A stretch of DNA of 64,000 nucleotides from an uncultured Actinomycetes bacterium (GCA_963821935.1 CAWGFM010000005.1:254551-318550); one strand, 5' to 3'; numbered from the stretch's first letter, positions 43,182-53,473 are shown. The notes: generated from the letters alone by a model not told the origin. A program made the numbers and translations.

Positions 43182-44233
43182 GTGGCGGTCTTCCTCCTCG
43201 TCCTCGACCTGGAGGACGAACGCATCGGCGGCTGCAGCACGGTGGTCGCGAACAGGCGTATCTCCCGATCCAGCTCCACCGGGCGTTCGAGCATCGGCAT
43301 GTGCCCAGTGCCGGCCATGACCACGAGCCGCGCATCGGGGAGCTCATCCACGAGCTGGATCGCCGATGCGGGCGGCGTGACCCGGTCGTACTCACCCACG
43401 ACCACCAGCGCGGGGACCTTCGCCCGCGGCAGCGCATGCTGCAGGTCGATCTCCATCAACTCGGCGAGCCCGTCGGTCCACACGTCCGAACTGGCCCGCT
43501 GCGCCAACCGCACCACGTGGTCCACCAGATGCGCGGGAGCGTCGGGCCCGAACTGCGTCAGGCGAACCGCCGCCGCCCGGATATCACCCGGGCTGGCCAT
43601 GACCGCCCTGCGGAATCCGTCGACCCGCCCCATCACGGTGGACAGGGTGGCAGGACGGCGGCGCAACAGGCCGGTGAGCGAGCCCATGGCGCCGCGCAAC
43701 AGGTCCTCCGAGGACGTCCCGACCAGGATCAACCCCGCCACGCGCGGCCCGAACAGCTCCGGACGTTGCTCGGCCATGGCGATCGCCGCGATGCCTCCCA
43801 GGCTATGGCCGACCACCAGGCAGGGGCTCGCCGGCGCCACGACGTCGAGCACGGCGGCCACATCGCGGCCCATGGCGCGAACCGAGAGGTCACCGTGGGC
43901 AGGCGGACCGCTGCGTCCGTGCCCGCGATGATCCATCAGCACGCACCGATAGTCGGCCGCCAGATCGACCCATTGCTCGTGCCAGGTCGTCATGTCCAAG
44001 CTGAACCCGTGCACGAAGAGCAGGACCGGAGCGTCGGGATCGCCGGCGGCGCGCACGGCGATGCGGGTGCCGTCGAACGATTCGATCTGACCGAGATCGT
44101 CGGGCGGCAGATCCCACAGGTCGGCTTCCAGGTGGTGTTCGGTCCTCCGGCGGATGACCGTCCGGGTCACCGCACCGGCCGCCACGACGCCGGCGGCGAC
44201 CCCTGCGCCGATCGCAGCGACGCGCCTCCTCAC
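43178..44233 (-). CDS. alpha/beta-fold hydrolase
   Basis: Oxyanion hole HGF and nucleophile elbow GHSLGG, 351 aa. Confidence 0.75.
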   Translation of the reverse strand: MRRRVAAIGAGVAAGVVAAGAVTRTVIRRRTEHHLEADLWDLPPDDLGQIESFDGTRIAVRAAGDPDAPVLLFVHGFSLDMTTWHEQWVDLAADYRCVLMDHRGHGRSGPPAHGDLSVRAMGRDVAAVLDVVAPASPCLVVGHSLGGIAAIAMAEQRPELFGPRVAGLILVGTSSEDLLRGAMGSLTGLLRRRPATLSTVMGRVDGFRRAVMASPGDIRAAAVRLTQFGPDAPAHLVDHVVRLAQRASSDVWTDGLAELMEIDLQHALPRAKVPALVVVGEYDRVTPPASAIQLVDELPDARLVVMAGTGHMPMLERPVELDREIRLFATTVLQPPMRSSSRSRTRRKTAT

Positions 44234-45348
44234 GGCACGTACCGACGGGGGACGCGGGCACCGACACGGCTCACGATCTCGTACGCGATCGTGCCGGCGT
44301 GCTCGGCCAGCTGCTGCGCCGAAACGGCAGCATCCGCCTGTGATCCCACGAGCACGACCTCGTCACCCTGCGAGGGTTCGAGATCGCCGCAGTCGGCCAT
44401 CAACTGATCCATGGTGACGTTGCCAGCCACTAGGCACCGGCGTCCGCCGATCAGGACATGGCCGGTCGATGACAGCGAGCGTGGATAGCCATCGGCGTAC
44501 CCAACCGGCACGGTCGCGATCCATGAGTCCTGGCCCAGCTCATATCGTTGGCCGTAGCTGATCCGCTCTCCGGCGACCAGCCACCTCGACCCCGTGACCA
44601 CCGATCGCCAGGCCAGGGCCGGTCGGAGCCCCAGGGACGTGCCGACGCCGGGCGCGGGCTCGACGCCGTAGAGCCCGATGCCCACCCGCACCATGTCGAG
44701 CTGTGCCTCGGGATGCAAGATGGACCCCGCCGTGTTGGCCGCGTGGAGGACGGCCGGATCGTGACCGGCCTCACGCACGGCCTCCACCATGTCGAGGAAC
44801 CGATCCAGCTGGGTCTTCGTGACCGCCGGATCGTCTTCCGACCGCGCGAAGTGGGTCCACACGCCACCAAGTCCGAACCCAGCCCTCGCGACCAGGTCCA
44901 CGAACGCCGGTGCATCTTCGGGGGGCCAGACCCCCGCACGGTGCATGCCGGTGTCCACCTTGACGTGCACGTGTATCGAGGGTGCCGACCCTTTCGCGGC
45001 AGCCTCCAGCCGCTCCAACCCCGCAAGGGTGGAGAGCACCGGGGTGAGCCGGGCGCCGAGGGCAACCCGCTCCGAGCCCGCGGGCAGTTCCGACAGCACC
45101 AGGATCGGAGCGTCGATGCCGTCAGCTCGCAGGGCCAGCCCCTCTTCGACGAGCGCCACGCCGAGCCAGGTCGCCCCCGCGTCCAGACACGTGCGCGCCA
45201 CGCGATCGGCACCGTGACCGTACGCATCGGCCTTCACCACGGCCATGAGCTCGGAGCCGTGCGGTCTCAGCACGCGAACGTTGTGCGCGATCGCGTCGAG
45301 GTCGACCTCGACGTGTGTGGCCCGGAAGGTTCCGGGATCGCGGGTCAT
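44230..45348 (-). CDS. alr: alanine racemase
   Basis: PLP-site AVVKADAYGHG and the characteristic C-terminal beta domain. Confidence 0.9.
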   Translation of the reverse strand: MTRDPGTFRATHVEVDLDAIAHNVRVLRPHGSELMAVVKADAYGHGADRVARTCLDAGATWLGVALVEEGLALRADGIDAPILVLSELPAGSERVALGARLTPVLSTLAGLERLEAAAKGSAPSIHVHVKVDTGMHRAGVWPPEDAPAFVDLVARAGFGLGGVWTHFARSEDDPAVTKTQLDRFLDMVEAVREAGHDPAVLHAANTAGSILHPEAQLDMVRVGIGLYGVEPAPGVGTSLGLRPALAWRSVVTGSRWLVAGERISYGQRYELGQDSWIATVPVGYADGYPRSLSSTGHVLIGGRRCLVAGNVTMDQLMADCGDLEPSQGDEVVLVGSQADAAVSAQQLAEHAGTIAYEIVSRVGARVPRRYVP

Positions 45349-46874
45349 CGGTGGGCCACCCCGTCGATCGCCTCGGGAAGGTGCGACGCGATGTCGCTCG
45401 CCATGGTCCCCTCGCCGAGCGTCCGACCCGCCAGGTACCCCGCGAGCCCATGGACGTGGGCACCGGCGGAGGCCGCCTCGGCGGGGTCGAGCCCGCGTGC
45501 GAGCAGACCCGCGATCGCACCCGTCAGGACGTCGCCGGAACCGGCAGTCGCCAGCACGGGGCTCCCGGTCAGGTTGATCCGCACCTGACCCTCGGGTGTC
45601 GCGATCAGCGTCCGAGGCCCTTTCAGCAGCGTCACCGCTCCGGTGTCCGCCGCCAGCCGTCGTGCCACGCCGACGCGGTCCCGCACCACCGCGCTCGAGC
45701 TCAGCCCGGTCAGTCGTTCGAACTCTCCCTGGTGGGGAGTGAGGACGGCATCGGCCTTCCGGTCCACGATGTCACCGGCCGTTCCGGCGAACGCGGTGAG
45801 GCCGTCGGCGTCCAGCACCACCGGCACGGGGCTCTCGCGGACGAGCGCCCGCACGAAGCCGGCCGTCTCCGCATGCTGCGTGAGACCCGGCCCCAGAGCG
45901 AGTGCATCCGCTCGTTCGAGGGCAGCGAGCGCCGGCCCCAGGGCCTCGTCGGCGACGGTGCCCAGGTCGGTGTCGGGCAGCTCCAGGAACACGGCCTCCG
46001 TGAGCGTTGCCTGGACCGCGGGGAGCACGGCGGCCGGCACGGCCACCACGACCAATCCGGCCCCGACCCGGGAGGCAGCGCGGGCGATCAGCGACGGCGC
46101 TCCGGTCATGTCCCGAGATCCGGCGACGACCACCACGACACCCGAGGCGCGCTTGTGTGCCTCGAGCGCGCGGTGCGGCATCACGGCGGCCACATCCGCG
46201 GGCTCGAGGAGGACGACGTCCGCCGGGAACGCCTCGGCGGCGAAGCCGATGTCGACAACGCGGACCGTGCCCGCATGCTCTGCCCCGGGGAACAGGACTG
46301 CCCCGAGCTTGGCCGCACCGAAGGTGACGGTGACGTCGGCCCACACGGCCTCGCCGCCCACCGTTCCCGTGGCTCCATCGACCCCTGACGGGATATCCAC
46401 CGCCACCACCGGGACCGGCGATGCGTTCAACGATCGGATCGCGGCGGCCCATCCGTCCGTGGGCTCACCGTGGAAGCCGGTCCCGAAGAGTGCGTCGATC
46501 GCGACGTCGGCGCGGGCGAGCTCACGGTCCAGGGACAGGGCCTCGAACGGTGCGGGCGATAGGTACACCTCACGCAGCCGCGCGCCGTTCGTGGACGCTG
46601 GCTCGCGGGCCACATCGATCGTCTCCATCGTGACGACGTGCACCCGCATCCCTCGCCGCGCTAGGTGCCTCGCGGCGACGAACCCGTCCCCTCCGTTGTT
46701 GCCTGTGCCGCAGACGACCACGGCTCGACGTCCGTAGGCGCCACCGCCGACCTCCACGGCGGCTCGTGCGACGGCGGCCCCGGCGCGCTCCATCAACGTC
46801 GCGGCCACCACCCCGGATGCCTGGGTCCGACGGTCCAGCTCCATGGCCTGCTGTGGACCGAGGACCGGCTTCAA
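45345..46874 (-). CDS. nnr: bifunctional NAD(P)H-hydrate epimerase/dehydratase (YjeF N- and C-domains)
   Basis: N-domain VVCGTGNNGGDG and C-domain VVAGSRDMTGAPSL...GSGDVLTG. Confidence 0.85.
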   Translation of the reverse strand: MKPVLGPQQAMELDRRTQASGVVAATLMERAGAAVARAAVEVGGGAYGRRAVVVCGTGNNGGDGFVAARHLARRGMRVHVVTMETIDVAREPASTNGARLREVYLSPAPFEALSLDRELARADVAIDALFGTGFHGEPTDGWAAAIRSLNASPVPVVAVDIPSGVDGATGTVGGEAVWADVTVTFGAAKLGAVLFPGAEHAGTVRVVDIGFAAEAFPADVVLLEPADVAAVMPHRALEAHKRASGVVVVVAGSRDMTGAPSLIARAASRVGAGLVVVAVPAAVLPAVQATLTEAVFLELPDTDLGTVADEALGPALAALERADALALGPGLTQHAETAGFVRALVRESPVPVVLDADGLTAFAGTAGDIVDRKADAVLTPHQGEFERLTGLSSSAVVRDRVGVARRLAADTGAVTLLKGPRTLIATPEGQVRINLTGSPVLATAGSGDVLTGAIAGLLARGLDPAEAASAGAHVHGLAGYLAGRTLGEGTMASDIASHLPEAIDGVAHR

Positions 46875-47257
46875 CGGGATCGATCCTCACGCACGGCGAT
46901 CGCGAACGACACGGCGTTGGTCCTCTCATGCGTGAATGTGATCAGGACCTTCGACACGCCCAGGGCGTCGGCCCGGCGTTTGGCGTTGCCCGCCAGCTCG
47001 ATCGCAGGGGCTCCGCTCGGGTGGCGCGCCACGCTGATGTCGTGCCACCGCTTGCCGCGGTACCCGCCCAGCGCCTTGATCGTCGCTTCCCGCGCTGCGA
47101 ATCTGCCCGCGTAGGATTCGGCGGGCCGAGCTTTCCCGTCGCAGTACGCGATCTCTGCCGGCGTGAACACCCGGTCTCGCATGGTGGGGTGCCGAGTCAA
47201 CGCACGCTCCATTCGAGCGATCTCGCAGATGTCGACGCCGAGCCCGACGATCTCCAC
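46871..47257 (-). CDS. acpS: holo-[acyl-carrier-protein] synthase
   Basis: 128 aa, starts MEIVGLGVDICEIARM...FAAREA.KA. Confidence 0.9.
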   Translation of the reverse strand: MEIVGLGVDICEIARMERALTRHPTMRDRVFTPAEIAYCDGKARPAESYAGRFAAREATIKALGGYRGKRWHDISVARHPSGAPAIELAGNAKRRADALGVSKVLITFTHERTNAVSFAIAVREDRSR

Positions 47258-47327
47258 CCCGCTAGCTTAGAGGCCGTGGCCGCCGGGAGCCGTTGGGCCT
47301 TGGCCGGCCGATGCTCGGTACGAACGC

Positions 47328-49160
47328 CTACTCGACCGTGACGCTCTTGGCGAGGTTGCGGGGCTGGTCGACATCGCAGCCTCGGAGCGTGGCGACGTGG
47401 TAGGCCAGCAGCTGCAGGGGCACCGTGACGATCACCGGCGACAGGAGCTCGGGCGTCGCGGGCACCTCCAGCACATGATCGGCGAACCCGGCGATCTGTT
47501 CATCGCCCTCGGTCGCCACCGCGATCACGACCGCGCCCCGAGCACGCACCTCCTGGATGTTCGAGAGCATCTTCGGATAGATGTGGCATCGGGTCGCCAC
47601 CGCGACCACGGGGACGCCGTCTTCGATCAACGCGATCGTGCCGTGCTTGAGCTCGCCAGCGGCCTGCCCTTCGGCGTGGATGTAGCTGAGCTCCTTCATC
47701 TTGAGCGCGCCCTCCAGCGCAGCTGGGTAGCCCGTATGCCGCCCGATGTACACGATGTCGCGCGCGTTCTGATACCGCTCCGCCAGCTCGCGGACCTGCC
47801 GATCGAGGGCGATCGCTCGGCTCACCTGCTCGGGCAACCGATCCAGGTCGGCCATGATCTCCGCGATCTCCTCGGGGAACTTCGTGCCGCGCACCTGCGC
47901 GAGGTAGAGGGCCATCAGGTACTGCGACACCATCTGGGTGGCGAAGGTCTTGGTGGCGGCCACGCAGATCTCGGGGCCCGCGTGCGTGTAGAGGACACCA
48001 TCAGCTTCGCGAGCCAGCGAGGATCCCACGGTGTTGGTGATGGCGATGACCTGCGAACCCTGCCGGCGTGCGTGCCTGGCCGCCTCCAAGGTGTCGATCG
48101 TCTCGCCAGACTGGCTCACCGCCACGGTGAGGGTGTCCGGTCCCAGCACCGGGTCGCGGTAACGGAACTCACTGGCGATCTCGATCTCCACCGGCAGGCG
48201 GGTCCAGTGCTCGATCGCGTACTTGGCGACCAGGCCCGAATGGAACGCCGTCCCGCAGGCCACCACGAACACCTTGGTCACCTCGCGCAGGACGTCGTCG
48301 CTGATGTGCAGCTCATCGAGCGCGAGCCGGCCACCCACCACACGGCCGACCAGGGTGTCGCGGATCGCGTCCGGCTGCTCGTCGATCTCCTTGCGCATGA
48401 AGGTGTCGTAGCCGCCCTTCTGCGCACGCGCGACGTCCCAGTCCACGGTGATCGGCGACGGCGACAGCGGAGCGCCCTCGAAGTCCGTGAACGTGGCGCC
48501 GTCGCGACGAACCTCGACCATCATCCCTTCGTCCACCGGGACCACGGTCCTGGTCCGGTCGAGGAGCGCGGGGATGTCGGAGGCCAGGAGCGTTTCGCCA
48601 TCGCCGAGCCCGACCACCAACGGTGACGACACCTTCACGCCCACCAGCAGGTCGGGCTCGTCGATGGCGCACACGACCAGTGAGTACGCGCCTTCGAGCT
48701 CACCGACGGCGGATCGCACGGCGTCGGTGAGGGTGGTACCCGCGCGGGAAAGCTTGGATTCGATCAGGTGAGCGATGCATTCCGTGTCGGTCTCCGAGAC
48801 CAGGGTGTGGCCTTCCTTGTCCAGCCGATCGCGCAGACCTTGGAAGTTCTCGATGATGCCGTTGTGGATCACGGCGATCCGTCCTCGACAATCCAGGTGC
48901 GGGTGGGCGTTGCGATCCGTGGGAGAACCGTGGGTCGCCCAGCGGGTGTGTCCCATGCCGACCCGCCCTCCGGGGCTGCCTTCGGTGACCAGGGCTGCCT
49001 CGAGCTCCGAGAGCTTCCCGGCTCGCTTGAGGACCGCGAGACCGTCACCCATCACGGCGATGCCCGCGGAGTCATAACCCCGATACTCGAGCCTCCGGAG
49101 ACCTTCGATGACGATCGGAAGCGCCTCGTCGGGGCCAACGTAGCCGACGATGCCACACAT
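47328..49160 (-). CDS. glmS: glutamine--fructose-6-phosphate aminotransferase
   Basis: Starts MCGIVGYVG (Ntn Cys), has two SIS domains and ends ...VTVE. Confidence 0.95.
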   Translation of the reverse strand: MCGIVGYVGPDEALPIVIEGLRRLEYRGYDSAGIAVMGDGLAVLKRAGKLSELEAALVTEGSPGGRVGMGHTRWATHGSPTDRNAHPHLDCRGRIAVIHNGIIENFQGLRDRLDKEGHTLVSETDTECIAHLIESKLSRAGTTLTDAVRSAVGELEGAYSLVVCAIDEPDLLVGVKVSSPLVVGLGDGETLLASDIPALLDRTRTVVPVDEGMMVEVRRDGATFTDFEGAPLSPSPITVDWDVARAQKGGYDTFMRKEIDEQPDAIRDTLVGRVVGGRLALDELHISDDVLREVTKVFVVACGTAFHSGLVAKYAIEHWTRLPVEIEIASEFRYRDPVLGPDTLTVAVSQSGETIDTLEAARHARRQGSQVIAITNTVGSSLAREADGVLYTHAGPEICVAATKTFATQMVSQYLMALYLAQVRGTKFPEEIAEIMADLDRLPEQVSRAIALDRQVRELAERYQNARDIVYIGRHTGYPAALEGALKMKELSYIHAEGQAAGELKHGTIALIEDGVPVVAVATRCHIYPKMLSNIQEVRARGAVVIAVATEGDEQIAGFADHVLEVPATPELLSPVIVTVPLQLLAYHVATLRGCDVDQPRNLAKSVTVE

Positions 49161-49208
49161 ACAGGAAGACCCTAACAGCGGGTCGTCACGAGGCGGTCGA
49201 ACGTCGCT

Positions 49209-50543
49209 TCAGGAGCCGCCCAACGACCCGCGGACGGCGCCCGCGATCGACTCAGCGTGCTCGCTCGCCAGGTCCTCGGTCTGAGCTTCGACCATCACGC
49301 GTACCAGCGGCTCGGTGCCCGACGCGCGCACCAAGACACGCCCTTCCTCGCCCAACGCTCCTTCCGAGGCCTCCACCGCCTCCCAGACCGAGACGGCTTC
49401 GGCCAAGCCGTCACGGTCCCGAACCTCGATGTTGATGAGCCGCTGCGGGTACCGGGTCATGATGGCTGCCAGGTCCTTGATCGTTCGGCCGGTCCGGGCC
49501 GCCAACGACAGGAAGCGCACCGCCGTCAACAGACCGTCGCCCGTCGAGGCGTGCTGCCGGAAGATCACGTGACCCGACTGCTCACCGCCCAGCACCGCTC
49601 CGGTCCGGAGCATCTCTTCCAGCACGGATCGGTCGCCGACCCTGGAGGAGACGACATCGATGCCCGCCAACCGCATCGCGTGATGGAAGCCCAGGTTGGC
49701 CATCACCGTGGTCACGACGGTGCTGCCGGACTCCGTGTCCTGCTCTTTGAGAGCGACCGCGCACGCCGCCAGTACCTGATCACCGTCGACGATGAACCCC
49801 GAGGCGTCGGCGAACAAGGCCCGATCCGCGTCACCGTCGAGCGAGACACCGGCATCGGCCCCGCGCCGCACGACCTCGGCCGCCACGACCTCGGGGTAGA
49901 GCGCTCCGCAGGCCTCGTTGATGTTCGCGCCGTCCGGTTCGGCGTTGATCGCGTGGACCACGGCGCCGAGACGGCGGAACAGCTCGGGCGCCGCGTCCGA
50001 GGCGGCGCCGTTCGCGCAGTCGACCACCACAGCCAGGCCATCGAGCGGCGCCTCGGCAGCGTCCATCAGATGCGCCAGGTATCGCTCGTGCTGGTCACCG
50101 ATCGTGAGGATCCGTCCGCTCGGCTCGGCCGGCGCCGAGGGATCGCGCACGGCGACTTCGATCTCATCCTCGATCACGTCGGCCAGCTTCATGCCGTGAG
50201 CGTCGAAGAACTTGATGCCGTTGTACTCGGGGGGGTTGTGGGAGGCAGAGATCACCGCTCCTGACGAGGCCTGCATGTCGATCGTCATGAATGCGATCGC
50301 AGGGGTGGGCACCACACCGGCGATCACGGCGTCACCGCCGGCTATGCGGATGCCCTCCACCAACGCGTCCTCGAGCCATTCCCCGGAGGCACGGGGATCC
50401 CGGCCCACCACCACCGTCGGGTGTGGATGTCCGTGACGCCCCAGCACGAGGACGGCGGCCCGACCGAGCCCGAAGGCCAGCTCCCTGGTCAGCTCGGATC
50501 CCGCGAGTCCACGAACCCCGTCGGTGCCGAACAAGCGTGCCAT
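49209..50543 (-). CDS. glmM: phosphoglucosamine mutase
   Basis: Starts MARLFGTDGVRG and has the active-site ISASHNP. Confidence 0.95.
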   Translation of the reverse strand: MARLFGTDGVRGLAGSELTRELAFGLGRAAVLVLGRHGHPHPTVVVGRDPRASGEWLEDALVEGIRIAGGDAVIAGVVPTPAIAFMTIDMQASSGAVISASHNPPEYNGIKFFDAHGMKLADVIEDEIEVAVRDPSAPAEPSGRILTIGDQHERYLAHLMDAAEAPLDGLAVVVDCANGAASDAAPELFRRLGAVVHAINAEPDGANINEACGALYPEVVAAEVVRRGADAGVSLDGDADRALFADASGFIVDGDQVLAACAVALKEQDTESGSTVVTTVMANLGFHHAMRLAGIDVVSSRVGDRSVLEEMLRTGAVLGGEQSGHVIFRQHASTGDGLLTAVRFLSLAARTGRTIKDLAAIMTRYPQRLINIEVRDRDGLAEAVSVWEAVEASEGALGEEGRVLVRASGTEPLVRVMVEAQTEDLASEHAESIAGAVRGSLGGS

Positions 50544-50613
50544 CAGCCGTGAAGGCTACTCCACCCCGCGGAAGCCGTACGCACGTTCGGGTCGGACATG
50601 CGAACATGCACGC

Positions 50614-50892
50614 ATGAGCAAAGAAGGACCGGTCCAGGTCTACGCGAGTGCCGACACCACCGACGGCCTGTTGATGCAGGGCAGGCTCGAGACCGAAGGC
50701 ATCCCGGTGATGTTGAAGGGCGAGTCCGAGGGCCCCTATCGCATGGGCCCCACGTACCTCTGGGTGGCCGCCGAGCACGAAGTCGATGCGCGCGCGATCG
50801 TCGAGGCGGTTCGAGCGGGCGCCTACGCCCTGGCCGACGATGCCGACGTCACGAGGTTCGAGACCGAGGACGAGGACGCGACCTCGCGCTGA
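50614..50892 (+). CDS. DUF2007-like small protein (putative signal-transducing protein fold)
   Basis: Reads VQVYASADTTDGLLMQGRLETEGIPVMLKGE...LWVAAEHEVDARAIVEA. ATG at 50614, opposite strand to its neighbours. Confidence 0.45.
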   Translation: MSKEGPVQVYASADTTDGLLMQGRLETEGIPVMLKGESEGPYRMGPTYLWVAAEHEVDARAIVEAVRAGAYALADDADVTRFETEDEDATSR

Positions 50893-50904
50893 GCAACCGG
50901 CGGC

Positions 50905-52107
50905 TCACGATCGATCTCCGCCCGTGCGCTTGCGCTCCCTGATGCGCTCGACCCCTTTGTAGTTGGCGAGTGCCGAGAGCTCATGCTCGATCTGCACCAG
51001 GTCCGCCTGGTCGCGCATGACCTGATCGATCGGCTTGTAGGCATCGGGATGCTCGTCCAGCAAGGCATGCGCGTCCGATGCCTGCCACGAACGACCGGCC
51101 ATCTGGTCCTCGAGCGACTCGACGGACAACGTGGTGCGAGCCTTGGTCCGACTCATCCGACGCCCGGCACCGTGGGAGGACGACCGATACGAGGCATCGT
51201 TGCCCAGGCCGCGCACCACGTAGGAACGTTGCCCCATGCTGCCCGGGATCAAGCCGCGCGAGCCCACGCCGGCGTGGATGGCGCCCTTCCGGGTGATCCA
51301 TAGCCGGCGGCCATCGAACTCTTCGAGCTCCGTGTAGTTGTGGTGGCAGTTCACCTCGTCGGTCGGCGTCAGCTCCCGCCCCAGCATCACCTCGAGCTGC
51401 CGGTGGGTGGCGACCAGCATGAGCCGTCGGTTCTCGCCCGCGTAGGCCTGGGACCACGCCAGGTCTCGGATGTAGGCGTCGAACTCCGGGCTCCCCTGCT
51501 GGAGCCAGGCCAACTCGGGATCCTCCAGCTGCGTGCCGAGTCCGGCGTGCAGTCGCTTCGCCGTCTTGGTGTGCAAGGTCGCCAGCTTGTTGCCTCCACC
51601 ACGAGAGCCGGAGTGCAGCAGGATCCAGACCCAACCGTCCTGGTCGCCGGCCAGCTCGATGAAATGGTTGCCAGAACCCAGCGTGCCGAGCTGGATGGCT
51701 GCCCGCTCGTGGTCGGCAAGCGTCGGCGGCGGCGGGTGCTTCGCGAGCCAGGCCCTCGCCTCGTCCGATGCCTCGCCGTGCCAACGTCCGAGCCCGGCCG
51801 GGACGGCCCGGCGCATGCGGTCCACCCAAGCGTCCAGCCCCGCGTCAGGAAGCTGGTCGGCGCGGATCCGAAGGCGCCGCGCCGCCATGCCACACCCGAT
51901 GTCGACCCCGACGGCCGATGGGATGACGGCAGTCTCGGTGGGGATCACCGACCCGATCGTGGCGCCCATGCCCAGATGGGCGTCCGGCATCAGGGCGATG
52001 GGACCGGCCAGGATGGGCAGCCGCGCGGTTCGCGCCGCCTGCTCGGCGGTCACGTCGTCCAATTCGCTTGCCCAGCTCAGCACGCCGGGCGCGATCTCTC
52101 GGGGCAT
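50905..52107 (-). CDS. rtcB: RNA-splicing ligase RtcB (3'-phosphate/5'-OH RNA ligase)
   Basis: Metal- and GMP-binding motifs DAHLGMGATIGS, GSGNHF, HNYTE and SSSHGAGR, and the histidine for guanylylation. 400 aa. Confidence 0.9.
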   Translation of the reverse strand: MPREIAPGVLSWASELDDVTAEQAARTARLPILAGPIALMPDAHLGMGATIGSVIPTETAVIPSAVGVDIGCGMAARRLRIRADQLPDAGLDAWVDRMRRAVPAGLGRWHGEASDEARAWLAKHPPPPTLADHERAAIQLGTLGSGNHFIELAGDQDGWVWILLHSGSRGGGNKLATLHTKTAKRLHAGLGTQLEDPELAWLQQGSPEFDAYIRDLAWSQAYAGENRRLMLVATHRQLEVMLGRELTPTDEVNCHHNYTELEEFDGRRLWITRKGAIHAGVGSRGLIPGSMGQRSYVVRGLGNDASYRSSSHGAGRRMSRTKARTTLSVESLEDQMAGRSWQASDAHALLDEHPDAYKPIDQVMRDQADLVQIEHELSALANYKGVERIRERKRTGGDRS

Positions 52108-52166
52108 GGGGTCCGACCTCCTTGATATGCGTCTTCGAGCCCGCAGGCCCGGAGTGCTTCAGGAGA

Positions 52167-52562
52167 TCAGCGCTTCGAGTACTGCGGGGCCTTCCTGGCC
52201 TTCTTGAGGCCGTACTTGCGACGTTCCTTCTCACGCGCATCGCGCGTGAGGTAGCCCTCGGCTTTGAGCTGGGCCCGCAGACCGGGATCCAGCTCGATGA
52301 GGGCTCGGGCGATGCCCAACCGGATCGCTCCCGCCTGCCCGCTGATGCCACCGCCCTTGATCGTGGCCACGACGTCGAAATCCTTCTCGCGGCCGACCAC
52401 CCGCAGGGGTGATTGCGCGACCATGCGATGGACGCGCGTCGGGAAATAGTCCTCCAGATCGCGGCCGTTGACGTCGAACTCACCGGTGCCGGGCACCAGG
52501 CGCACGCGGGCCACCGCTTCCTTGCGGCGTCCTGTGATGATCGTTGCTGGGGTCAGGGCCAC
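52167..52562 (-). CDS. rpsI: 30S ribosomal protein S9
   Basis: 131 aa, ending ...[12 protein letters not shown]. Confidence 0.96.
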   Translation of the reverse strand: MALTPATIITGRRKEAVARVRLVPGTGEFDVNGRDLEDYFPTRVHRMVAQSPLRVVGREKDFDVVATIKGGGISGQAGAIRLGIARALIELDPGLRAQLKAEGYLTRDAREKERRKYGLKKARKAPQYSKR

Positions 52563-52566
52563 GAAC

Positions 52567-53382
52567 TTACTCCTCGGAGGTCGTCTCGGACGCCGGCGTG
52601 CTCGACGTCTCCTCGTTCTCGGTTGTCTTCGCCGCGGCAGGCTTCTTCGCGGCAGGCTTCTTGGTCGTCGTGGGCTTCTTCGTGGTCTTCTTGGCTGCGC
52701 TCGTCTTCTTGGCTGCGCTCGTCTTCTTCGCTGTTGGCTTCTTCGCGGTCGTCTTCTTGGCCGTTGGCTTCTTCTTGGCTGTGGTCTTCTTGGCCGTCGA
52801 CTTCTTCTTGGCTGCGGTCTTGTCGGCCGTGGTCTCCTCCGTGGGACCTTCGGGCTCCGCGGGCTCCGGCTCGGTAGTCGGCTCGTCCCTCACCAGACGC
52901 CGGCTCGTCCCTTTGACGGCGGGCGAGGGCAAGCCCTCCCACATCGGGGGCTGGCCGAAGGTGTAGTCGACCGGCTGTTGGGCTCCGTGCGGGTGCTGTG
53001 CGCCGGCGACGACGTGCAGCTTCTTGATCATGGTTCGGCCCAGACGGTTCTTGGGCAGCATGCCCCGGACGGCCTTCTCCACGGCGAACACCGGCCGGGT
53101 CGCGAGCAGCTCGTCGTAGCGGATCCCGGTGATGCCGCCTGGGTAGCCGGAATGCCGGTAGGCGACCTTCTTCAGCTCCTTGCCGCCGGTCAGCTCCACC
53201 TTGTCTGCATTGATCACGATCACGTGATCGCCGGTGTCCATGTGCGGCGCGAAGATGGGCTTGTGCTTGCCCCGCAGCAGCGCCGCGACTTCAGACGCGA
53301 CGCGACCCAGCACCCGTCCACTGGCGTCGACGACGTACCAACGCCGCTCGATGTGCTCAGGCTTCGGAGAGTAGGTCTTCAT
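52567..53382 (-). CDS. rplM: 50S ribosomal protein L13 with ~125-aa Lys/Ala/Thr-rich repetitive C-terminal extension
   Basis: N-terminal 146 aa is canonical L13 ([20 protein letters not shown]...[11 protein letters not shown]). The same frame then continues through (T/S)AKK(T/K) repeats to a stop 4 nt before rpsI. Confidence 0.9.
   Translation of the reverse strand: MKTYSPKPEHIERRWYVVDASGRVLGRVASEVAALLRGKHKPIFAPHMDTGDHVIVINADKVELTGGKELKKVAYRHSGYPGGITGIRYDELLATRPVFAVEKAVRGMLPKNRLGRTMIKKLHVVAGAQHPHGAQQPVDYTFGQPPMWEGLPSPAVKGTSRRLVRDEPTTEPEPAEPEGPTEETTADKTAAKKKSTAKKTTAKKKPTAKKTTAKKPTAKKTSAAKKTSAAKKTTKKPTTTKKPAAKKPAAAKTTENEETSSTPASETTSEE
52620..52830 (-). repeat. tandem ~12-15-nt DNA repeats (ggcttcttcgcg / gtcttcttggc variants) encoding the (AKKT)n tail of L13
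   Basis: Visible periodic cttcttggc/cttcttcgc units on the plus strand through this interval. Confidence 0.7.
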
Positions 53383-53473
53383 GAGGGTCTTCCGTACGTG
53401 GATATCGGCCAGGAGCCTGGCCGACGCACCAGACTACCTGCGGCGCTCCGGACGCGTCAAAGGCGGGACCTGC

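Noticed and set aside
49161-49208. Possible glmS ribozyme upstream of glmS
   Set aside because: Only 48 nt separate glmM and glmS, with no room for the ~170-nt ribozyme core. The element is also not typical of Actinomycetota.
52567-52990. The Lys-rich tail of L13 read as a separate histone-like ORF
   Set aside because: There is no stop codon between the L13 core and the repeats. It is a single continuous frame ending just before rpsI.
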